Origin: Candidatus Latescibacterota bacterium
Lineage (GTDB): Bacteria; Latescibacterota; UBA2968
Length of the DNA: 64,000 nucleotides
NCBI GenBank assembly: GCA_965198115.1
Contig: OZ240241.1
Location: 4,384,001 to 4,448,000, forward strand
Direction: 5' to 3'
The translations under genes were made by a program, and so were the position numbers. Under the pieces are notes generated by a model that was given only the letters and a program-made list of their open reading frames with translations, searched no databases and was not told the origin of the DNA. Shown here one piece after another: positions 1 to 9,501 of this stretch (positions are counted from its first letter, which is position 1; each line of letters begins with the position of its first letter).

Positions 1-138
1 AGGGGCGATCTGGGCTCTGTCCAGGCTGCGGTCGAGGCGGGTTCCAGCGCCGCCGACCGGGTTGGGGAACTGGTCGCGGTCCACATCATTCCTCGCCCAC
101 ACCCCGACTTGCAGATCTACTTCACGTCCGGATCGTGA
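1..138 (+). CDS. BMC hexamer shell protein (BMC-H, PduA/EutM-like), 5'-truncated by window edge
   Basis: Frame 1 reads RGDLGSVQAAVEAGSSAADRVGELVAVHIIPRPH, the BMC-domain C-terminal signature. TGA at 136-138 overlaps the next GTG. Confidence 0.9.
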   Translation, partial: RGDLGSVQAAVEAGSSAADRVGELVAVHIIPRPHPDLQIYFTSGS

Positions 139-1574
139 CGGTCTCCGAACAGAGACGCGTCGTCGCCGGGTTGATCGGCCTCTCCCTGCTGACAGGCGGG
201 TTGTATCACCTGGTTCACTTCGACGACCCCTACATCACGTTTCGATACGCGAAAAATTGGGCGGAAGGCTACGGACTCGTCTTCAACGTGGGCGAGCGGG
301 TGCTCGGGACGACCGCTCCACTCTACGCGATCGCGTTGGGCGCGGGGGCTCTCGCCGGCGCCGACATACCGATTCTCGCGGGCTGCCTGACGATCACGTC
401 GATGGCACTCGTGGGCATCCTGATTTACCGTCTGCTCGACGACGAAGGTCACACGACGGCTGGCGTAATCGCCGGTTTTCTCACGATCACGCATCCGCTG
501 ATCGGCGACACGCAGGGCTTCGAGCTCAATGTCTTCTTCGCGCTCGTCTTCGGTGGCGGCTGGGCCTATCGGCGAAACCGTCCGGCTCTGGCCGGCCTGC
601 TGCTCGCGCTGGCCACCCTCACGCGAGGGGACGGATTCGTTCCGGGGGCTTTGATCGGATGCCACGCGCTCGTCAACGATCGACGGGCAACCGTAGCTTA
701 TGCAATCGCGTTCGCGCTGCCTGTCCTGTTGGGAATGGCTTGGGCTTTATCGTATTACGGACACGCCTTGCCGGGTACGCTCGAGGCCAGGCGTGCCATG
801 GGTCAGAGCGGATTCTGGCGGACCTACCTCTACGGGGGAGCACGGGTCGCCGTTCTCTACACCCTCCTGTCTCCCCTAGTGGCGATCGTACCCGTGCTCG
901 CCATCGTCGGGGTTCGTCAGGTAGCCACATCGAAGCTCGCGATCGGACTCGTCGTATGGGCGATCGTCGTCGCCGGGGCCTACGCGGCCATGGGCATCCC
1001 GTCGGCCTACCACTACTACACACAGTTCGTGCCGTGTCTCGCCGTACTCGCCGGGCTCGGAGCACAGAGCCTTCGCGCCACAGTCGTAAGCTGGCACCGA
1101 CACGCGTTTGTCGCCGGAATCGCTCTACTCGTGGCCGCACAGCTCTGGCCAGCACATCGCGTCATCACCAACCCCGAGCCGCGATACGCCCGCTATCGCG
1201 AGGTCGGCAGAGCGTTGCCCACGATCGTTTCGGAAGGGGCACGGGTCGCCACGGTCGAGATCGGAATCATCGGCTACTTCAGCGGGGTCAACATCCTCGA
1301 CCTCGTCGGACTGACCGAGCCGAGTATCCGACCGAGGCTGGCCGAGGGCGATGCCGCGTGGAGCGTGCGGGAACTCCAACCCGAATACCTGCTGTTCCAC
1401 GACCCGCCGTGGCAGTCGATCGAAACGGGCGTTGTGGCCTCGTCCTGGTTCGAGCAACGATACGAGAGAATCCGAACGTTCGATGGAGAACCACCGTTCC
1501 GACTGGCACTCTATCGTAAACAAACGCACACCCTCGGGCGGGATCATCCGGATCCCGCCCAATCACAGCCTTAA
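135..1574 (+). CDS. Polytopic membrane glycosyltransferase, GT-C fold (AftB/PMT-like)
   Basis: DDPYITFRYAKNWAEGYGLVFNVGERVLGTT loop after TM1, many hydrophobic helices, TRGDG motif, C-terminal soluble domain with IGIIGY..ILDLVGLT. Confidence 0.7.
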   Translation: MTVSEQRRVVAGLIGLSLLTGGLYHLVHFDDPYITFRYAKNWAEGYGLVFNVGERVLGTTAPLYAIALGAGALAGADIPILAGCLTITSMALVGILIYRLLDDEGHTTAGVIAGFLTITHPLIGDTQGFELNVFFALVFGGGWAYRRNRPALAGLLLALATLTRGDGFVPGALIGCHALVNDRRATVAYAIAFALPVLLGMAWALSYYGHALPGTLEARRAMGQSGFWRTYLYGGARVAVLYTLLSPLVAIVPVLAIVGVRQVATSKLAIGLVVWAIVVAGAYAAMGIPSAYHYYTQFVPCLAVLAGLGAQSLRATVVSWHRHAFVAGIALLVAAQLWPAHRVITNPEPRYARYREVGRALPTIVSEGARVATVEIGIIGYFSGVNILDLVGLTEPSIRPRLAEGDAAWSVRELQPEYLLFHDPPWQSIETGVVASSWFEQRYERIRTFDGEPPFRLALYRKQTHTLGRDHPDPAQSQP

Positions 1575-1586
1575 GGAGAAAGAGAC

Positions 1587-1868
1587 ATGGGAGAAGCCCT
1601 AGGGATGATCGAAACGAAAGGGCTCGTTGCCTTGATCGAAGCGTCCGACGCCATGGTCAAGGCGGCAAACGTGAAGCTGATCGGATGGGAGAAGATCGGT
1701 GCAGGCTACGTAACAGCCCTCGTGCGGGGCGACGTGGCTGCCGTCAAAGCAGCCACCGACGCAGGAGCGGCGGCAGCAGGCAAGGTCGGCGAGCTCATCT
1801 CCGTACACGTCATTCCACGTCCCCACAACAGCTTGGAAGACGCTCTGCCCATCGGAAAGGGTGCGTGA
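1587..1868 (+). CDS. eutM: BMC hexamer shell protein (EutM/PduA family)
   Basis: [26 protein letters not shown]...GDVAAVKAA...HVIPRPH; SD AAGGAG upstream. Confidence 0.95.
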   Translation: MGEALGMIETKGLVALIEASDAMVKAANVKLIGWEKIGAGYVTALVRGDVAAVKAATDAGAAAAGKVGELISVHVIPRPHNSLEDALPIGKGA

Positions 1869-1891
1869 GGACTGCTTAACGGAAGCCATCT

Positions 1892-2191
1892 ATGATACTC
1901 GGTAAAGTGGTCGGCACGGTCGTCGCCACGCAAAAAGCTCCCGGGCTGGAAGGGTTCAAGCTCCAGATCGTCCAGACCCTGGATCTGACGGCGATGCAGG
2001 AGACGGAGAATTTCGTCGTCGCCGTCGACGCGGTCGGCGCAGGAGAAGGTGAGGTTGTCCTCTATTGCAGCGGCAGCTCTGCGCGCATGACCGAATCGAC
2101 AGAAGAACGCCCTGTCGACGCGGTCATCGTGGCCATCGTCGATTCGACCGAAGTGAACGGTGAGATCGTTTACAACAAGGCCCGTCACTGA
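1892..2191 (+). CDS. BMC pentamer vertex protein (EutN/CcmL)
   Basis: MILGKVVGTVVATQK...VAVDAVGAGEGEVVL..GSSAR...DAVIVAIVD. Confidence 0.93.
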   Translation: MILGKVVGTVVATQKAPGLEGFKLQIVQTLDLTAMQETENFVVAVDAVGAGEGEVVLYCSGSSARMTESTEERPVDAVIVAIVDSTEVNGEIVYNKARH

Positions 2192-2225
2192 CTGCCCCCG
2201 GACTCCCCCAACGTGAGTACAGGCT

Positions 2226-3662
2226 ATGAATCTCGATGAAGCCCAGGTCAGGGCTGTGGTCGAAAACGTCGTCCGCGGTCTCACGGCCAACGGTCAGTCA
2301 CCATCGATCCAGACCCCGTCCCCCCGACCCGCAGGTAGCGGGGACGACGGGATCTTCGAGCGGCTCGACGACGCGATCCGAGCCAGCTGTTTGGCGCAGC
2401 AGGCCCTTGAGTCCCTGTCCCTCGACACCCGACGCCGAATCATTGCCGCCGTCCGGACGACCGCGCTCGAACACGCAAGCGGTCTCGCGGCACAGACGTG
2501 CGACGAGACCGGCATGGGACGCGTTCCCCACAAGATTCGGAAGTTCGAGGTGGTTGCCCAGGAAACACCTGGCGTCGAAGACCTGCAGCAGGTCGCCTGG
2601 TCCGGCGACCACGGCCTCACGGTCGTCGAGATGGCCCCCTTCGGCGTTGTCGCCGCAGTCACGCCGTCGACGCACCCCGTTCCGACCATCCTCAACAACG
2701 CGATCAGCCTGATCGCGGCCGGGAACAGCGCCGTTTTCGCTCCGCACCCCACCGCCAAACGTGTCTCTCAAGCGGGCATCCAGATTTTCAACCGCGGCGT
2801 CGTCGCAGCCGGCGGACCGCCCGATCTGCTCGTCGCGGTACTTGATCCCACGATCGAAACAGCGCAATCGCTCTTCACACACCCGAACATCGACCTGATC
2901 CTCGTGACCGGCGGAGGCGGCGTCGTCCAGGCCGCCATGCAGGCGCCCAAGCGTGCCGTATGCGCAGGGCCCGGGAACCCGCCCGTCGTCGTCGACGAAA
3001 CCGCCGATCTCGCGAAAGCGGCCGCGGACACGGTCGATGGCAGCGGATTCGACAACAACATCCTTTGCATCGGCGAAAAGGAAGTCTTCGTCGTCCAGTC
3101 CATCGCCGATGAATTCATACGCCAGCTGCAGCACCACGCTTGCGTGATGCTCGACTCCGGGCAGGTGGAACAGCTCACACGCATCGCCTTTCCCACCGAC
3201 GCCTCGGGCGACTGGTCAATCAACCGCGAACTCGTCGGACGCAACGCCAGCGTCCTCGCCGACGCGATCGGACTCGACATCACAGACGACGTACCGATGT
3301 TGATCGGCGAAGTCACCGGCGATCATCCCTTCGTGCGCATGGAACAGATGATGCCATTCCTGCCGATCGTTCGCGTCCCCGATGTCGATACCGGCATCGA
3401 CGTGGCGGTCGAGGCCGAGCACGGCTACCGTCACACGGCCGTCATGCATTCCAGGAACGTCGAGCACATGACGACGATGGCGAGGAAGTGTCGCTGTACG
3501 CTGTTCGTCAAAAACGGGCCGTCCACCGCAGGTTTGGGGGCCGGTGGAGAGGGCTACACATCCTTCTCCATCGCTACGCCAACCGGCGAAGGTGCAACCT
3601 CGGCGCGAACGTTCACGCGACAGCGGCGTTGTACACTCGTCGACTACTTCCGGATCGTCTGA
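2226..3662 (+). CDS. eutE: BMC-associated acylating aldehyde dehydrogenase (EutE/PduP family)
   Basis: PFGVVAAVTPSTHP, VTGGGGVV, AGPGNPPVVVDETAD, FDNNILCIGEKE (catalytic Cys), EQMMPFLP, TPTGEG; amphipathic N-terminal peptide plus linker. Confidence 0.93.
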   Translation: MNLDEAQVRAVVENVVRGLTANGQSPSIQTPSPRPAGSGDDGIFERLDDAIRASCLAQQALESLSLDTRRRIIAAVRTTALEHASGLAAQTCDETGMGRVPHKIRKFEVVAQETPGVEDLQQVAWSGDHGLTVVEMAPFGVVAAVTPSTHPVPTILNNAISLIAAGNSAVFAPHPTAKRVSQAGIQIFNRGVVAAGGPPDLLVAVLDPTIETAQSLFTHPNIDLILVTGGGGVVQAAMQAPKRAVCAGPGNPPVVVDETADLAKAAADTVDGSGFDNNILCIGEKEVFVVQSIADEFIRQLQHHACVMLDSGQVEQLTRIAFPTDASGDWSINRELVGRNASVLADAIGLDITDDVPMLIGEVTGDHPFVRMEQMMPFLPIVRVPDVDTGIDVAVEAEHGYRHTAVMHSRNVEHMTTMARKCRCTLFVKNGPSTAGLGAGGEGYTSFSIATPTGEGATSARTFTRQRRCTLVDYFRIV

Positions 3663-3934
3663 TGCAACTCGGTGAGGTCATCGGAAAGGTCGTCGCCACT
3701 CGAAAGGATGGTTCGCTGCACGGCATTCGCCTGCTCGTCATCCAACCCATCGACGAAACGAGGAAACCGATCGGCTTACCGATCGTCGCCGCCGACGTCG
3801 TCAGTGCCGGTCAGGGCGAGACCATTTACTGGGTCAGCGCCAGGGAGGCCCCGAACGCCCTGCCGTCGCGCTACGGCCCGATCGACGCAGCCATCGTCGG
3901 TATAGCCGACCACCTAACGGTCGAGGAGGTCTGA
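3662..3934 (+). CDS. BMC pentamer vertex protein (EutN/CcmL)
   Basis: ATG at 3662 overlaps the eutE stop (TGATG); MQLGEVIGKVVATRK...AADVVSAGQGE...DAAIVGIAD. Confidence 0.9.
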   Translation: MQLGEVIGKVVATRKDGSLHGIRLLVIQPIDETRKPIGLPIVAADVVSAGQGETIYWVSAREAPNALPSRYGPIDAAIVGIADHLTVEEV

Positions 3935-3935
3935 C

Positions 3936-4223
3936 GTGGTCCTCGGTCGTGTCGTGGGCAACGTCGTCTCGACGATCAAACACGCGTCCTACGACGACAC
4001 GAAGATCATGCTCGTGCAACCCACCGACGCCGATGGGAACCCGAACGGTTCGGTCATAGTCTCGATCGACGCCGTCGGTGCCGGTAGCGGTGAACGTGTC
4101 CTCGTGCTCCGCCAGGGCATCGCCGCGGGGCAGGTGCTCGGGGTCGAGCGCCCCCCGATCCGCTCGGTCATCGCCGCGATCGTCGACCACGTCCACCGAT
4201 CGATCGGCACGAGCGGGCCCTGA
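3936..4223 (+). CDS. BMC pentamer vertex protein (EutN/CcmL)
   Basis: MVLGRVVGNVVSTIKH...SIDAVGAGSGERVLV...SVIAAIVD. Confidence 0.9.
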   Translation: MVLGRVVGNVVSTIKHASYDDTKIMLVQPTDADGNPNGSVIVSIDAVGAGSGERVLVLRQGIAAGQVLGVERPPIRSVIAAIVDHVHRSIGTSGP

Positions 4224-4314
4224 TCTCTGTCCGTGCGTGTTGTGCTTCATCAATCTGGGATCCTGCAGTGTTTCGAGAAATCGATCGGGTCAGGGTTTCG
4301 AAGTCAGTGCCTTC

Positions 4315-4359
4315 TTCCGTGTATTCCGTGTATTCCGTGTATTCCGTGTGTTCCGTGGT
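4315..4359. repeat. Tandem 9-mer repeat (TTCCGTGTA x3, TTCCGTGTG, TTCCGTGGT)
   Basis: Five consecutive units read directly in the BMC-P/aldolase spacer. Confidence 0.9.
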
Positions 4360-4396
4360 CCGTTTTTCTGCGGTTTCGTTCTTCAGGATTTAGAAA

Positions 4397-5248
4397 ATGA
4401 ACCTCCACCAGGCCAAACTCGACATCATCGAAACGGGACGACGTGTCTACAACCAGGGATACGTTGCCTCCAACGACGGAAACATCTCCTGTCGAATCGA
4501 CGAAGATCGTATTCTCACTACGCCGACGGGCATGTCCAAGGGTTTCCTCAAGATCGAGGAGCTCGTCGTCACCGACATGGACGGCAAAAAGGTCAGCGGT
4601 GTGAAGAACCCGTCTTCAGAATTGGGCATGCACATTTTTCTCTACAGGGAACGCCCTGACATCCGAGCGGTCGTGCACGCACACCCACCGACTGCGACGG
4701 GTTTTTCCGTCGCCGGGATCCCACTCACCGAATGCGTTCTGCCCGAGGTCGTCATCACGCTGGGTGCCATTCCGATCGCCGAATACGGGACGCCGGGAGG
4801 TTCCGAAATCTCGGAGCCCATCCGAAAGTGGGTCAAGGACTACGACGCCTACCTGCTCGAAAACCACGGAGCCACAACCATCGGTACCAGCGTGATGAAC
4901 GCCTACTACAAGATGGAAACCATGGAACACTTCGCAAAAATCATGCTCGTCGCCCGACAGCTTGGCGGATTCAACACCCTGAACGCCGAGCAAGTCCAGA
5001 AGCTCGTGCAGATTCGCGAGAGGATGGGCATTCGGGGACCCAGTCCCGCGTGCGATGTCGGAAGCGTCGGCACCATTCAGCAGCCTCTTGGCGTGGGTGC
5101 GGCAGCGGCCAGCGGTGGGGGCATCCCGACCCTTCGAACGCGCAGCGCTGGGAATGCTCAGGGCAACGGCGCTCCGGCTCAGCCCGACGCAGCCACGATC
5201 GACGAGATCACGCGACGTGTGATGGACGCTCTCCGCAGCCAGGGGTAG
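4397..5248 (+). CDS. Class II aldolase/adducin family (fuculose-1-phosphate aldolase-like) with C-terminal encapsulation-like peptide
   Basis: DGNISCR, TPTGMSKG, PSSELGMH, VVHAHPP, LLENHG zinc-binding motifs; Gly/Ala linker then AATIDEITRRVMDALR. Confidence 0.9.
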   Translation: MNLHQAKLDIIETGRRVYNQGYVASNDGNISCRIDEDRILTTPTGMSKGFLKIEELVVTDMDGKKVSGVKNPSSELGMHIFLYRERPDIRAVVHAHPPTATGFSVAGIPLTECVLPEVVITLGAIPIAEYGTPGGSEISEPIRKWVKDYDAYLLENHGATTIGTSVMNAYYKMETMEHFAKIMLVARQLGGFNTLNAEQVQKLVQIRERMGIRGPSPACDVGSVGTIQQPLGVGAAAASGGGIPTLRTRSAGNAQGNGAPAQPDAATIDEITRRVMDALRSQG

Positions 5249-5334
5249 ATGTCGTCGAACGCTGATCAGTTCCACGCTTGTCGCCAACGTCGAAGCGCCT
5301 CCCTTCAAGCACGAGCTTTACCCTCAATCGCGTG

Positions 5335-6777
5335 ATGAACCTCCTCGTATTCTTCGCTCTCTTTATCTCTTCCAGCCCCGTCGGCGCCTTCGACGCCACA
5401 CTTTGGCAGACCTACACCAACATGAATTTCGTGACCGATCTCGCCGAGGGAGAGGACGAAATCTACATCGGCACGACCGGCGGTGTCCGACGATACGGCA
5501 GGTTTCGAGATGACTGGCTTCCCTCCCTGACCACGATCGATGGACTGCCCAGCAACCTCGTGGAACGAATGACCTACGAATCGTCCACGGGCGACCTCCA
5601 CATCCAGACCCCGGATGGCACCGCGCGCTGGATGTCCCGGTTGGAGACCGTCATGGCAGGCGGAACACCGCAGTTCTTCGACCGGCCCGCGAGCAGGATC
5701 CCCCCCGACGTGATGATGCCGTTCGGCTACTTCGTCCAGGGCAGTCTGATTCGTGGTCCCCGCCGGGACTATCGTATCACCGATGTACTGCTCGATTCGT
5801 GGAACAACCTTTGGGTCGGCACCGCAGGACTGGGCGTCGGTCGAGCCGATCTTCGATTCAGCTCGCTCGAGTTCTTGCGTCACGGTCCGATTGAACAGAA
5901 CGTGACGGCCCTCGCCGTCGATGGACACGAAGTGTGGCTCGGCGGCCGCGACGACTTCGGGACGTTCGCCCGTGGAATCTCACGCTACAACACCCGGTCC
6001 GACACGTGGGACTACTTCGAAGAAGAAGTGGTTTACGGGCTCGATGATGCCCAGGTTACCGTGATCCTTCCCGAAGGCAAGAATGTCTGGTTTGGGACCG
6101 ACCGAGGTCTGCTGAGATATCGGACCGATCGGGATGCGTGGGTGACCTATCGCTTCAGCCGGTGGACCAACCGGCGAATCGGCCCCACGACGGCCCTCAT
6201 CCAGGACGACACGCGGCTTTGGATTGGGACACCGACCGGCCTGGCGGTGCTCGATCTGGCCGTTGACACGCTTCGCACGGTCTCGGGGAGCGAGCGATTC
6301 GAAATCGAGGGCATGGCGACGGGCAGAACGGCCCTGTGGGCGGCCACAGACAGAGGTCTCTTCCGCTGTCCACGTGGTGACGCCACCTGGGAACCGTCCT
6401 CCGTCTCGACGTCCCCCGTCCGAGACGTCCACGCAAAAGGGGATACCCTCACAGTCGTCTTGGCGGCACCCCCCGCGGTCCTGGTCGTGACGCACCCCGA
6501 CAGCCAGACCATCGAATGGCCGCTCCCGGAATCCGCCGGCAGCCGCACCATCGACGTCCTGCGTGATGGGCTCAGGGCCTGGGTGGCGACTGATCAGGGT
6601 GTACTCGTGACAGATCTTCGAACCGGAAACTGGCGGAAGATTACCCGAGTCGACGGCCTCGTGGACGAAGAGGTGCGATCGGTCGCTCTCGAAGAGGACT
6701 ACATCTGGTTCGGGACTCGGCACGGAGCCAGCCGCTATCACTGGGCCAGAGACGATGCAAACCTCGATTCTGATTAG
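5335..6777 (+). CDS. Secreted beta-propeller protein (two-component regulator propeller-like repeats)
   Basis: Signal peptide MNLLVFFALFISSSPVGA; repeated W(V/F/I)GT.xG motifs and GLPSN/GLDD/GLVD repeats. Confidence 0.7.
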   Translation: MNLLVFFALFISSSPVGAFDATLWQTYTNMNFVTDLAEGEDEIYIGTTGGVRRYGRFRDDWLPSLTTIDGLPSNLVERMTYESSTGDLHIQTPDGTARWMSRLETVMAGGTPQFFDRPASRIPPDVMMPFGYFVQGSLIRGPRRDYRITDVLLDSWNNLWVGTAGLGVGRADLRFSSLEFLRHGPIEQNVTALAVDGHEVWLGGRDDFGTFARGISRYNTRSDTWDYFEEEVVYGLDDAQVTVILPEGKNVWFGTDRGLLRYRTDRDAWVTYRFSRWTNRRIGPTTALIQDDTRLWIGTPTGLAVLDLAVDTLRTVSGSERFEIEGMATGRTALWAATDRGLFRCPRGDATWEPSSVSTSPVRDVHAKGDTLTVVLAAPPAVLVVTHPDSQTIEWPLPESAGSRTIDVLRDGLRAWVATDQGVLVTDLRTGNWRKITRVDGLVDEEVRSVALEEDYIWFGTRHGASRYHWARDDANLDSD

Positions 6778-7033
6778 TGGGCCTAATTCTCCTAACCCAA
6801 TATGGGAGTGAGGGTTATAACTAAAAAAGTGCGTGACAGGGAACGGCGGTTTTGTTATTATTTCTGTAGTTCGCGATCACACGGACCGCAACACCGGATC
6901 CCAAAAGAGTGCATAAGTTTTTATAGAACAAAATGTTGAGCAAAGGCGGCCACCCTTCGCCCACCTCGAGCGCAGGCTGGCCGCTTGACTTTTGTCCGCT
7001 CCTCCCGGAGCGGGCGGTCAACGGAGCCAACCC

Positions 7034-7471
7034 ATGGCATCATCGGCGCTCGGACTCATAGAAATGCGAGGACTCGTCGGCGTCACAGAAGCCGCCGATG
7101 CCGCCGTCAAAGCGGCCTCCGTTTCGCTGACGGGTGTCGAGAGAATCGAAGGTGGGCTCGTCTCCATTCGTATGATGGGCGACGTCGGTGCGGTCCAGGC
7201 CGCCGTCGATGCGGGCGCGCACGCCGGCCAACAGGTCGGTGAGCTGATCTCCAAGCACGTCATACCCAATCCTCACGACGATCTGATCGAAAAATTCGAG
7301 ATCGAAGGCGAGAGGATCAACGGATCCGATCTCGAGGCCCTTTCGGTGACGCAACTCCGCCGACTGGCGCGGGACACCCCGGGGCTGTCGATTCAGGGGC
7401 GCGAAATCTCACACGCGAATAGGGACCAGCTCATCCACGAGCTGCGACAGGCGCAGACAGCACCGACCTGA
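7034..7471 (+). CDS. BMC-H shell protein with C-terminal helical extension
   Basis: ALGLIEMRGLVG...GDVGAVQAAVDAG...HVIPNPH, followed by DLEALSVTQLRRLAR...ISHANRDQLIHELR. Confidence 0.88.
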   Translation: MASSALGLIEMRGLVGVTEAADAAVKAASVSLTGVERIEGGLVSIRMMGDVGAVQAAVDAGAHAGQQVGELISKHVIPNPHDDLIEKFEIEGERINGSDLEALSVTQLRRLARDTPGLSIQGREISHANRDQLIHELRQAQTAPT

Positions 7472-7504
7472 TTGGGCGGCCCAATGTCGAATAGTGGAGA
7501 TGGA

Positions 7505-7855
7505 ATGACGACGGAAACGGCTACGCTCTGGGACAGAATCAAACAGAGCCTCCTCGACAGCGCCACCGTCGCGGCTGAGAAGGCTGAGTATCTCGGCAGG
7601 GTCGGCCGCGCACGGCTCGACATCGCCGAAACACGGAACGCGATCAGAGACGCGTTAGCCGATTTGGGTGGAAACGTCTACGGCGGAATCCAGTCCGGCG
7701 ATGGGAACAGCGTCCTCGAATCCGAGGCCGTTCACACCCTCGTCGCGAAGATCGGCGACCTCGAACAGGAGCTCAAGTCTCGTGAGGACACCCTTAGCGA
7801 TCTTCGAGCGACTGAGGAGGGTGCGCCCGACGAGGCGCCCGATACCGAGGCCTGA
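7505..7855 (+). CDS. Hypothetical coiled-coil protein
   Basis: SD GGAG before ATG; helical LWDRIKQSL...KIGDLEQELKSRE. An alternative start at 7484 is possible. Confidence 0.6.
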   Translation: MTTETATLWDRIKQSLLDSATVAAEKAEYLGRVGRARLDIAETRNAIRDALADLGGNVYGGIQSGDGNSVLESEAVHTLVAKIGDLEQELKSREDTLSDLRATEEGAPDEAPDTEA

Positions 7856-9181
7856 GCGGAGTGCCATCGCGTGGGGTGCCGCGGCGCTGGCTGTTTCGGT
7901 CGCCGCACCCGCCCACGAGATCGACCGCTCGATCGCCGACATCGTCGATCGCGTTCGGCCCAGCGTCGTCAGCATCTCGGTGACCCGATCGCGTGGGAGC
8001 GAATTTGCCTGGGGCCCCGAACGGGGTGGCACCGTTCGGCAAACACCCTCGACACGCGGCTTCGGATCGGGTATTGTCCTCGATGTCGATGGTAGAATCC
8101 TGACCAACCGCCACGTCGTCAACGAAGCGGTCACGATCCAGGTCGGATTCACCGATGGACGACGAGTGAACGGCCGGCTGGTCGGACAGGACTCGGAAAC
8201 CGATCTGGCGGTACTGCAGATCGACCGGGCGGACCTTTCAAACGATCATATCGCCCTACTCGGCGATTCCGATAGCCTCCGTGTCGGCGATTGGGTCATC
8301 GCCTTCGGCAGCCCGTTCGGGTATCATCATACCGTCAGTGTCGGAGTCGTGAGCGCAACGGGGCGGCAACTCGATTCGATCGAACGGGACCACCCAACAC
8401 CGTTTCACAGCTTTATCCAGACTGACGCCGCCATCAACCCCGGAAACAGCGGCGGACCCCTGATCGACACATCAGGGCGCGTCGTGGGCATCAACACCGC
8501 CTACAACCCGGGCGCACCAGGCATCGCGTTCGCCATCCCGATCAACCTGGCCGCGCGGGTCGCTGGCAAACTGACCACAGCGGGGCGTGTTTCCCGAGGC
8601 TATCTCGGGATCGTTCCGCAGGACCTCGACGCCGAACTGGCGGAAGCCCTGAGCCTGGCCGAAATCTCGGGCCTCCTCATCGCCGATGTGAGGCCCGATG
8701 GACCAGAGGATCAGGCGGGGTTGTCCCAAGGCGATGTCCTCGTCAAACTGGGTGCGCGGTCGATTGCCACCGTCGCCGACTACGGCGCCGTGCTCGCAGA
8801 ATTGTCACCAGGTGAGCAGCAACGACCCTCAGAGTCACACCGACCGACAGACCCGACAAGCTTGGAGTGCCCCGCGAAGACGCGCTCAGAGCAGGAGACA
8901 GGCTGGGTCTCGAAGTCGCCAACCGCTGGAGCCTGGAGGCGGGGCGGCTCGGGGCGGCAAAAGCTGGATAGGGCGTCATCGTCAGCTACGTCGCCCCGGG
9001 GAGCACAGCGGACCAAAAGGAACTGAAGAAAGGCGACGCGATTCTTGAGATGGCCGGCGTGGGCATCTGGCGCAAAGACGACTATCGTTCCGCCTTAGAA
9101 AAGATGACCGACAGCCCCGTGCTCGTCCTGATCAGACCCCGGGGCCAGAAGACAACACGATACGTCGCACTCGTGTATTAG
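7821..9181 (+). pseudogene. HtrA/DegP serine protease with PDZ domains; PDZ region disrupted by a frameshift and an in-frame TAG
   Basis: Triad motifs LTNRHVV, TDLAVL, INPGNSGGPL are intact. The second PDZ (RLGLEV...GVIVSYVAPGS.ADQKELKKGDAILE) is in another frame and has TAG at 8969-8971. Start position is uncertain. Confidence 0.75.
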
Positions 9182-9363
9182 TCGTTTCACCGATTTCAAC
9201 CGATAGAGTCACAGGATCCCGGACCCCTTCCGGTCCCACAGGCAAGTCACCGGCGTAACGAGGCACGGTTCCTCGCGGGCCCGCGATATGGCGCAGAGAG
9301 GCGCAAACGATGCGGGGGCACAAGCGCGAGGACGGTCTTCGAAACGTCGCTGACACGCACATC

Positions 9364-9384
9364 AGGAGGTAAGCCTACATGTAA
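9364..9384 (+). promoter_or_regulatory. Strong SD followed by a start-stop mini-ORF (AGGAGGT-N8-ATG-TAA) in the sigma factor leader
   Basis: AGGAGGT at 9364-9370, ATG at 9379, TAA at 9382-9384. Confidence 0.45.
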
Positions 9385-9501
9385 GACTCCCCGACGACGG
9401 TTACAGCCATACTCATCCACCACGCAGTTCTCTCGTCCCGAACCCGCAGGTCTCGGGCCCACAGCGCCATCCCCACGGTGCTAACAAGGAGTGGCTGACG
9501 A

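Noticed and set aside
3140-3661. Long N-terminal extensions on the ORF-track versions of BMC-P, atpB, nuoA, the mrp DUF4040 subunit and others
   Set aside because: The extensions overlap real neighbouring genes or promoter DNA. Internal starts with stop-start overlaps or SD sequences fit family lengths.
4315-4359. CRISPR array or phase-variation tract
   Set aside because: The units are 9 nt with no spacers, no cas genes are present, and the tract is intergenic.
8969-8971. TAG recoding (pyrrolysine or alternative code) in degP
   Set aside because: TAG is used as a normal stop by many genes in the window, and the same gene also has a frameshift.
9182-9501. Known riboswitch or ncRNA in the long rpoD leader
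   Set aside because: I could not recognise any family consensus by eye. An Rfam search is needed to settle it.
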